A model generated the notes under the pieces. It did not search any database, was not told the origin of the DNA, and saw only the letters and a program-made list of their open reading frames with translations. Positions 33,780-40,867 of a stretch of 40,867 nucleotides of DNA are shown here, piece after piece (positions within the stretch are counted from its first letter, which is position 1; each line of letters begins with the position of its first letter). The DNA is from Candidatus Heimdallarchaeota archaeon. Its GTDB lineage: Archaea > Asgardarchaeota > Heimdallarchaeia > Heimdallarchaeales > Heimdallarchaeaceae. Made by a program: the position numbers and the translations under genes. The stretch spans positions 1-40,867 of the forward strand of contig DXJF01000130.1 in assembly GCA_019057375.1 (NCBI GenBank), in the 5' to 3' direction.

Positions 33780-35414
33780 TTACTCAGATTCTTTTTCCTC
33801 TTTTTCTTCATCAAATGAAAGAGGAGGTGTTAAAAGTGCTGTTGATTCTATTAATGTTTTCCCAGCATCTATATTCTGTCTGATGTAACCAAAGTAATCC
33901 AGTTCAAAGATATATTTGGATGCAACTTCCTCAGGTACATTAAGCATTTTAGAGAGTTCCTCTTTAGCCAAAGGTCTCTGAAAATCATTAAGCAGATATA
34001 AAACCCTATATTTAGGATCTGTATTTAGGAAGGCTTCAACTGACTTCAGAGTTTTGTTTAGATTGTCAATTTTCTTTCTTAATTTTTGTATATTGAGCTC
34101 ATATTGATACTTCTCTTCAGAAGAAATCGTTCCTTGTTTCTCCATTGTGAGTAAAGTGTTCTTTGTGTCGGTTAATTCTTTAGTTGATTCTTCAAGTCTT
34201 GCCTTCAAATCCTCGAGTGTATCTTGTTTTTCTAAAATTTGTTCTTCAACCTTTTCTCTTTCACCTGTAGCTTTTTCAGCGATGTCTCTAAGTTCTTGAA
34301 TTTCGGTTTCCTTCTCAGCAAATTGTAACATCATTTCATCCGTTGTTGTCTGTAAACTATGTAGTTCTTGTTCCTTTGAACTGATATCTTGTTGGAGTTC
34401 AACCATAGTTTCAGCAAGTCTTTCCATATCCTCATCTCTTTGAAGAATTTGTTTTCTAAGTTCCTCTAGCTGTGTTGAATCTTCAGCTTGATCAGCGGCT
34501 TGATCTTGAATATCTTCCATCTGTTTCTTTAATGAATCAATTTGAGAGGATTTCTGCTGAATATCGATTTTTTGGTTTCTTACAGTATCTTCATGTTCGG
34601 CAATTTGATTTCTAAGATTGAAAACTGTCTGTCTTGTGCTATCAAGTTGTTTTTGTAGTTCATCGAATAATTGATCCTCTTTGGATAAAGCTTCAGAAGA
34701 CACAGATCTTAGACGTGCTTCCATTTCTTCAACATGTGTAGACATAGCATCTCTTTCGATTTTTAATCTATTAAATTCTGATTGGAGATTATTCTTTTCT
34801 AGAGATAACTGATGAATGGATCTATCTTTATCCATAATCACTTGATCTCTTGCTTCAATTATAGTTTGATCCACACCCATTGTAGTAGCTTTTTCTGATA
34901 ATTCTCCAATAGCTTGGTCTTTGCTTTTGAGAACTGATTGAATATCTGTCAATTCATTTTGTATAGAGATTGTCTCAGCTTTAAGATTTCCAATTTGATC
35001 ATTTAATTCATCGATTTTCAAAGCATCATCTTGAATTTTCGTTTCATACCCAGGAATTTTTGCAGCTTCAGCCCTTAATTTCTCAAGCTCCCCAAGCATT
35101 TCTTGAGTAATCATTTCCGCATTAACATATCCCTGTTCTATACCTTGACGAATCTTACTAGTGCTTTCTGTAACAACCATTAGATGGATATCTCTTAAAA
35201 GACCCACATAACTATCTTTGAAATTTCGAATGATTTTATCAACTTCTGATACAGAATATTGGGCTTTTCCAGGTGCTAAAGAACTACTTTTAATTTCTTC
35301 AGCTCTAGCTTTTACTTGTTCTTCTGAAGTTGTACGAATAACTCTCATTTCACCTAGAAATTTCTTCACGAGAGAGCGTACAACACTGAAAGGACTTTGC
35401 GTTTCTATAGCCAT
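33780..35414 (-). CDS. Long coiled-coil protein with a C-terminal winged-helix-like domain
   Basis: About 370 residues of E/Q/K/L heptads and no Walker motifs. The C-terminus reads PKYRVLYLL...LAKEELSKMLNVPEEVASKYIFELDYFGYI. Confidence 0.8.
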   Translation of the reverse strand: MAIETQSPFSVVRSLVKKFLGEMRVIRTTSEEQVKARAEEIKSSSLAPGKAQYSVSEVDKIIRNFKDSYVGLLRDIHLMVVTESTSKIRQGIEQGYVNAEMITQEMLGELEKLRAEAAKIPGYETKIQDDALKIDELNDQIGNLKAETISIQNELTDIQSVLKSKDQAIGELSEKATTMGVDQTIIEARDQVIMDKDRSIHQLSLEKNNLQSEFNRLKIERDAMSTHVEEMEARLRSVSSEALSKEDQLFDELQKQLDSTRQTVFNLRNQIAEHEDTVRNQKIDIQQKSSQIDSLKKQMEDIQDQAADQAEDSTQLEELRKQILQRDEDMERLAETMVELQQDISSKEQELHSLQTTTDEMMLQFAEKETEIQELRDIAEKATGEREKVEEQILEKQDTLEDLKARLEESTKELTDTKNTLLTMEKQGTISSEEKYQYELNIQKLRKKIDNLNKTLKSVEAFLNTDPKYRVLYLLNDFQRPLAKEELSKMLNVPEEVASKYIFELDYFGYIRQNIDAGKTLIESTALLTPPLSFDEEKEEKESE

Positions 35415-35512
35415 TTATTTCAGCTCATAGCTTACCTATACAAATTATTAAGTTAATGATATATATGAGTTTTTCAGTTGTTTTCACCCAAAACATGATA
35501 GAAAATTGAATT

Positions 35513-36190
35513 TCAGTTCATATATAATGATATATAGAATAAACCATCTCTAAACTCATCAATTTCTTGAAGAAAGCCCGATAGTTGGTTAAAGGGAATT
35601 ATGGGAATATCTGAAGAGAACTGAATATTATGATTTCTCCAAGAGATAATTAATGGATAAAGTTTCACTTCTCTCTTCAATGGTAAAGCAAGTTTTGAAA
35701 TAAGTTCTTCTGAAAGGATGGGAAATATTTCAAAAAGTACTTCGGTTCTTTCCTTTTGTTTAACAGCTGCATCTTTCATGATAGAAGACGAAGGATGCTT
35801 ATAATGTTTGCAATCGATCAAAAATAAGTAAGGATATTTGAATGCTAGAACATCAATTTCGTATTTTGTGAACTCGTCCTTAAATCGAAAATTAGAAAGA
35901 ACTGAAAAACCTAACTCATCAAAAAGAGCAGTTATAACATTCTCAAATCCTTTCCAATCAAGAAACTCGATTATGCTTCTCACACTAGTATCTTGCATAA
36001 GAAGAGAAAGTAGAATTTGACCCTTTTCTTCATCTGTGAAATCAATCCTATTGAAGAATTCTTCTAATGAATAATTCAAAGAAGTAAGAATGGATGTACA
36101 CTTATCTTTATCCACTACTTTGAGATTAGCTACATCTACTTTATTGCGGTTAAATATATGGTTCAAAATAGCAACAATTGAGTTATCCAT
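35513..36190 (-). CDS. PD-(D/E)XK restriction-endonuclease-like protein (Mrr/NERD-like)
   Basis: FENVITALFDELGF...YEIDVLAF...LIDCKHY. Confidence 0.8.
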   Translation of the reverse strand: MDNSIVAILNHIFNRNKVDVANLKVVDKDKCTSILTSLNYSLEEFFNRIDFTDEEKGQILLSLLMQDTSVRSIIEFLDWKGFENVITALFDELGFSVLSNFRFKDEFTKYEIDVLAFKYPYLFLIDCKHYKHPSSSIMKDAAVKQKERTEVLFEIFPILSEELISKLALPLKREVKLYPLIISWRNHNIQFSSDIPIIPFNQLSGFLQEIDEFRDGLFYISLYMN

Positions 36191-36222
36191 TCTCTAATCA
36201 ACAGAAAATAAAAATGAGAATA

Positions 36223-37008
36223 TTAAGGTTCGCTTTTAGCAGATTTAACTCGATGAATAATTATTTCTCGTGTTAATTGCTCAATTGGCTGAGCAGTTTT
36301 TTGAACACTTAAAGGTCTAGCTCCTTTTTTAAGACGTCCATATTCATCAAGCATTGATTTTATATCAGGACTTCTCAATAGAGACATCAATTCGTTTCTA
36401 GCTTGAAGACAAGATGTTTCAATTACTCGCATGTAGGCTTCTCCTTTATTAGCTGCAAGTTTCTTATCAATTAATAAATCAAGAAACTTATCGGTAGGAG
36501 TACGCTCTTCAGGTGGAAGATCTATCTTATTCAAAACGATTAAGAATGGCAAGGATTTTCCTAAGATATCTCCCTTAAGGGCTATGAGCTCAACAAGGCT
36601 TTCTACATTATCATCCCACATATTTTTGCTGGGATCGAACATAAATATCAATCCGTCAGCACCCTCAAGAACAACCTTTCTTTGAATATAATGTCTTTTC
36701 TGACCAGCTACCGTCCAAACTTGGTATCTTAGCTTTGGAACACTTACACCCTGTCCTTTTGGTAATTCAAAGGTACTTTGATCATAGAAGATTGTTCTAC
36801 CACTTGGGTCATCAATCTTCTTTAAGGAAGAATAGATTGTTTCAGGATCTTCAACTTTCCTTAGAACATTATAGACTGTCAACATACTTGTTTTACCTGA
36901 CAATGAAGGACCGTATATGACCAATTTTAGATATGGTACTCCAGAGCCATCTACTTTGAAAATATCTCTGATTTTTAAACTGCTTGACATCTTATATCTA
37001 GCCGCCAA
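36223..37008 (-). CDS. MglA-like small GTPase, paralog 2
   Basis: G1 GPSLSGKT, SGRTIFYD, G3 WTVAGQ and G4 NKID. Aligns along its length with 23499-24257. Confidence 0.88.
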   Translation of the reverse strand: MAARYKMSSSLKIRDIFKVDGSGVPYLKLVIYGPSLSGKTSMLTVYNVLRKVEDPETIYSSLKKIDDPSGRTIFYDQSTFELPKGQGVSVPKLRYQVWTVAGQKRHYIQRKVVLEGADGLIFMFDPSKNMWDDNVESLVELIALKGDILGKSLPFLIVLNKIDLPPEERTPTDKFLDLLIDKKLAANKGEAYMRVIETSCLQARNELMSLLRSPDIKSMLDEYGRLKKGARPLSVQKTAQPIEQLTREIIIHRVKSAKSEP

Positions 37009-37164
37009 GATTTTTACTTATTTAGGTTTTTAGGTGCGAATTCTAAAACCTTTTCTTGATTTATATATGTCTTCATTATAATGAAATTCTATTAAACTTT
37101 GCTATAATTTCACTATAACATAGCTTTACTCTAAATTCAAAACCTTAGAGATATTGAAAATAGA

Positions 37165-37857
37165 TTATAAGCCTTGATTATGTTGATCTAAAAGGCTTTT
37201 CTCATCTCTATGAAGGGAAACAGCTAATTCTGCGACAATTCCATCCAAAAAAGCTAAAGCAGCATGTTCAAAAGCTGTTCCCTCAGGTGCTAATGTACTA
37301 TCCAGTCCCTGGTCTCTTCTTTCTAAATCAGATTTAGTTCTACCTTTGAGTTTCACAGTAACATCCCCTAATCGGCCAATAACACTCATAGGATAACTTG
37401 TAATGACAATTACAAATGGATTATATATCAAATAAGTTTCTAACATAGCTTTAACTATAGGAGTTGTTCCAGATCCACTAATTACCATAATAGAATCATC
37501 TTCCCTTAAACGAGGGACAGATCTTGTATTTGTGATAAAACGACTTTCAACACCAAAATGCTCTAATCTTGTTTGAAACATCTGACCAACATATGCACTT
37601 CTTCCACTTGCTAAAATATAGATTCTTTTTTGGTTTTGTATATCAACCATTAACCTATCCCTTACTTGCTGAACATACTCATAATGATCAGTCATGTGTT
37701 TAATATTTTCTTGTAAGTTTGATATCATTAATTCCATTGCTCTAAAAATTGCAGGTTGTTCTGTGTAACTAGCCAGACTTTTAATTCTCTCATCAGACAT
37801 GACACGCTTCTTATTGTTTTCATTATTTTTTTTAACCATTTTCTCACAACTTACCAC
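37165..37857 (-). CDS. SIS-domain protein, 6-phospho-3-hexuloisomerase (HxlB/Phi)-like
   Basis: RIYILASGRSAYVGQMF..RLEHFG, VISGSGTT, SYPMSVIGRLGD and APEGTAFEHAAL. Confidence 0.75.
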   Translation of the reverse strand: MVSCEKMVKKNNENNKKRVMSDERIKSLASYTEQPAIFRAMELMISNLQENIKHMTDHYEYVQQVRDRLMVDIQNQKRIYILASGRSAYVGQMFQTRLEHFGVESRFITNTRSVPRLREDDSIMVISGSGTTPIVKAMLETYLIYNPFVIVITSYPMSVIGRLGDVTVKLKGRTKSDLERRDQGLDSTLAPEGTAFEHAALAFLDGIVAELAVSLHRDEKSLLDQHNQGL

Positions 37858-38085
37858 AGGTTAACTTTCAAATGATAACCCAGAAATTATCATTTCATAC
37901 TCTTAAGCACACTATTGGATAGTGTTTTTAAATTTCTCGGTTTTCTGAAAGAACTTCATTCGGTAATATTGTTTCACTTAAGTAAATAACAGACCTATTG
38001 TTACCTAATACAGTTTTTTGATATAAATTCCAAGCATACAAGAAATAGAAATATAAGGAGGAATATACGATATTCATTTGATAAT

Positions 38086-40867
38086 ATGAAATTATTGGAC
38101 AAGTTATGGAAGAGACCAAAAATAATTGCATCTGCAATATTATTGTTTTGGATTTTACTTGTTTCAATTAATATCAACAAAATATTGAATATTTCCGATT
38201 ACGTAAGTGATGAAGGTAATAATCTTTCTACAACTAGTCAATCTGAATCTTCGATTGGAACAGAGATTTTATCCACATTTAGTGAAGTAAACAGTTCATT
38301 TCAGATTATAGTTAGAAATCCTAATGGAAGTATAGTTTCGGAATCTATGTACCAAAAGGTGACAAGTTTAGTATATAATATAACGCATAATCCAAAAATT
38401 GGTCCATATTTATCTCCAAGTAAACCTTATGCTTCTATATATTCTGATGCAGATAATCTTCTCAGAACAATATTAAGTCTTCAATGGTATGCCACACAAT
38501 TATCTTTTGCATCTATTCATTATGTTTGGGGAGGTATAGAGTATTTTAGTTCAACTTGGATTGATCAATATAATAGCACCAATAGCACTTCTTTGGCAAC
38601 TACAATAACCAAACAATTAACAACAAACTATCTTGAAACACTTCTGGATTCGTTTAATGAATCGAGATATTACAGTTTTGTTGATGTTTTTTATAATGAA
38701 TTGTCAACGAGTTTCAACTATTTTGCGAATTTATCAATACCAACTAGTGAAGAAGACGTTTTTAATTTGCTAAGTAGCATAATAAAGGCAAACTCAACTT
38801 TTATCTCTGAGGTTTCAGCAGATACGAGACAAACACAACTTCTTGGGGTACTTTCTAATAATTTCAATTCCAGCGAATGGCAAAATGCAACATATTCCTA
38901 CGAAAAAATTGCTGAATTTTTGTTTGACTCAAATAATTCTTTTGAGGTTGATTTCACTAGAGAAGTTTATGATGATGGTAATATTCAAGGATTTATTGAT
39001 GCTAAAAACAAATATCTTTTACCAGTCCTGACAATGGAATCCATTATTCCGCCAATTACAGAAGATATAATTCTTACATTTCTAAGGCAATACACGAATT
39101 ATAAAGAAAGTATGGATGAAGCTGATACAACAATTATCACGTTTAATATGGCACTTAATCATTTGAATGAAAAAGGAAAAGCTGCTTATCTCGAAGTGTT
39201 AGACATTTTACCATCAATGAAAGAAGAAAATGAACCCCTAGAAATATATGCAACAGGTATCGATTTATTCATAGTTGAAATTTCTCAAGATTATCAAAAT
39301 CAAGCAAAAAAAACAGACTTGATCGTTATTATTACTATCGTAGTTATTCTTCTACTAGTTTATAGGTCGCCTATCTTGCCGTTAATTCAACTCTTTGTTC
39401 TAGCAATTTCTTTTGGAGTTTCTCGTCTGATCTTCATTGGTATAGGATCTTTAACAGGAGGATTAGATTCAACGAGTCTTATTATCTTGAGTGTAACCCT
39501 CTTAGGAGCAACAACTAATTACTTTGTCTTTTTAAACGGGGATTATTTACTTAATCTGAAGAAAACAAATTCCAAGTATATTGCTCTTAGAACTACTCTT
39601 AAACGTACTTCTAAAAGTATAATCATTGCATCAGTTTCCTTGTCTTTTGGTTTTGGTGGATTAGTTTTGAGCAGTTTTGCCTTAGCAACTGGAATGGGTA
39701 TTAGTGGTATAATTGGTTTCCTAACAAGTATGGTTGTTTCCTTAACTTTAGTTCCTGCAATGCTTATTCTACTGAATCAAAATATTCTTACAAAGTGGAA
39801 AGTTAATCTAAAAATATTACAGAAAAGGAAGGGTTCTGTCATTAAATATGTGAAAAAAGCAGTTCAAAATCCAAAGAAAGTTTTACTTGTTTCTGTAATC
39901 ATTAGTTTGGTTGGAATAGGAATTTTCATTGCAGTACCAACAGATTATGCTCAAATCGCCTCGGCCCCACAATCATATCAATCAAGACAAGGATTGGATG
40001 CAATTACTCAACATATGGGAACAGAATATATTAGTCAAATTTCTCTTCTTTTCAAGACTACAGACATGGATCCATTTATTTTCAGTAATGACAGTTTGAA
40101 TTATGAATCTATAAATGAGGTTTTATTTATAATTGAGGCTATTAAGATTGAAACGAATATAACGGTTCTTGCAGGACTAAGTCATCCTTTTGGTAAACCA
40201 TATCATGAACATTTCCAGAACACTTCTTTGTTTGTAACTGAAGAAATACAAATTCTAATGAAGAATTTTGTTTTTTCCGATGAAACTTATGCAATTGTTT
40301 ATTGTGGTTCCCAATATATGGAAGGGGACAGGAGATTAGATGAACAGATTAATACTATTAGGAAGACAATTTCAGAAATAATTGAACAGAGAGAAATCAC
40401 AGAATGGCAAACATATACAACGGGCTTTGCACCAGTTCTGTATGATTCCAAAACAGGAATTTCATTTGATTTTAATTTAATTTTCCTATTTGTTTCAGTT
40501 ACGATTACGCTATTATTGTTCGTATTTTTAAGAAATTTCTTTATGTCTGTAAGAGTTCTAATAACTATTCTCTTATCTCTAGGAATTAGTTTAGGTTTGT
40601 TTAGTTTGTTTGCTTTAATTTTCTTAGGAGGTTCAATATATTGGATTGTGCCTCTACTAGCATATGCGGTTTTAACTGCTTTAGGATTGGACTTTGATGT
40701 ACTCTTTCTAGGTATTTTCCAAAATATTTACACTGATGTTAAAGATTCAGAAGAAGCAATTGTAGAAGCAGTAGACCAAACAATGAATAATATTTCAGTG
40801 GCAGGAATAATTATGGCAGCGACTTATTTCAGCTTATTATTCACTTCATCCATTCACATGCAACAAT
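38086..40867 (+). CDS. MMPL/RND-family transporter; 3'-truncated by the window edge and absent from the ORF track
   Basis: Translated by hand with no stop from the ATG at 38086 to the window end. It has two repeats of IYATG/YTTG followed by TM bundles (LLLVYRSPILP; WIVPLL...LGLDFDVLF). Confidence 0.9.
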   Translation, partial: MKLLDKLWKRPKIIASAILLFWILLVSININKILNISDYVSDEGNNLSTTSQSESSIGTEILSTFSEVNSSFQIIVRNPNGSIVSESMYQKVTSLVYNITHNPKIGPYLSPSKPYASIYSDADNLLRTILSLQWYATQLSFASIHYVWGGIEYFSSTWIDQYNSTNSTSLATTITKQLTTNYLETLLDSFNESRYYSFVDVFYNELSTSFNYFANLSIPTSEEDVFNLLSSIIKANSTFISEVSADTRQTQLLGVLSNNFNSSEWQNATYSYEKIAEFLFDSNNSFEVDFTREVYDDGNIQGFIDAKNKYLLPVLTMESIIPPITEDIILTFLRQYTNYKESMDEADTTIITFNMALNHLNEKGKAAYLEVLDILPSMKEENEPLEIYATGIDLFIVEISQDYQNQAKKTDLIVIITIVVILLLVYRSPILPLIQLFVLAISFGVSRLIFIGIGSLTGGLDSTSLIILSVTLLGATTNYFVFLNGDYLLNLKKTNSKYIALRTTLKRTSKSIIIASVSLSFGFGGLVLSSFALATGMGISGIIGFLTSMVVSLTLVPAMLILLNQNILTKWKVNLKILQKRKGSVIKYVKKAVQNPKKVLLVSVIISLVGIGIFIAVPTDYAQIASAPQSYQSRQGLDAITQHMGTEYISQISLLFKTTDMDPFIFSNDSLNYESINEVLFIIEAIKIETNITVLAGLSHPFGKPYHEHFQNTSLFVTEEIQILMKNFVFSDETYAIVYCGSQYMEGDRRLDEQINTIRKTISEIIEQREITEWQTYTTGFAPVLYDSKTGISFDFNLIFLFVSVTITLLLFVFLRNFFMSVRVLITILLSLGISLGLFSLFALIFLGGSIYWIVPLLAYAVLTALGLDFDVLFLGIFQNIYTDVKDSEEAIVEAVDQTMNNISVAGIIMAATYFSLLFTSSIHMQQ

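Noticed and set aside
33780-35414. SMC/Rad50
   Set aside because: There are no Walker A/B or signature motifs, and no hinge or Zn hook is evident.
217-36920. The remaining 60-95-aa ORFs in the track that overlap longer CDSs (for example 217-483, 1144-1335, 1509-1730, 2472-2678, 13941-14195, 27784-28068, 36735-36920)
   Set aside because: They are antisense or out-of-frame shadows of well-supported genes and have no recognisable motifs.
37928-39031. Short ORFs at 37928-38167 (-) and 38843-39031 (+)
   Set aside because: They are shadows of the long MMPL reading frame that starts at 38086.

Overview
AT-rich archaeal chromosomal window. The gene content suggests an Asgard archaeon, possibly Heimdallarchaeia-like; this is an inference from the archaeal RtcB/archease, psd-pssA, two MglA-like small GTPases, a ParM-like actin and C-terminally anchored surface proteases. 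Layout: (1) housekeeping block at 1-5.8 kb (gcvT end, YlqF/RbgA GTPase, TatD, DHH, rtcB, archease, gcvH); (2) accessory island at about 5.9-16.7 kb with a tnpB-only IS200/IS605-type element whose RuvC has the rearranged Fanzor/TnpB2-type catalytic site, three HEPN-like ORFs, a stand-alone TFB-type Zn ribbon, large intergenic hairpins and a 34-bp direct repeat bracketing an S9 peptidase; (3) S8 protease, psd-pssA, ParM-like actin, an unknown ORF and MglA-like GTPase 1; (4) an unannotated, GC-enriched, pseudoknotted structured element of about 460 nt (24348-24810), probably a + strand ncRNA and the best novelty candidate; (5) a minus-strand run of metalloprotease, membrane proteins and a MacB-type ABC system; (6) a degenerate AAA+-wHTH converging on a SIS / MglA-like GTPase 2 / PD-(D/E)XK / long coiled-coil-wHTH cluster; (7) an MMPL transporter running off the right end and missing from the ORF track. 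No rRNA, tRNA or CRISPR array was recognised. All family calls come from motif recognition by eye; no searches were run.
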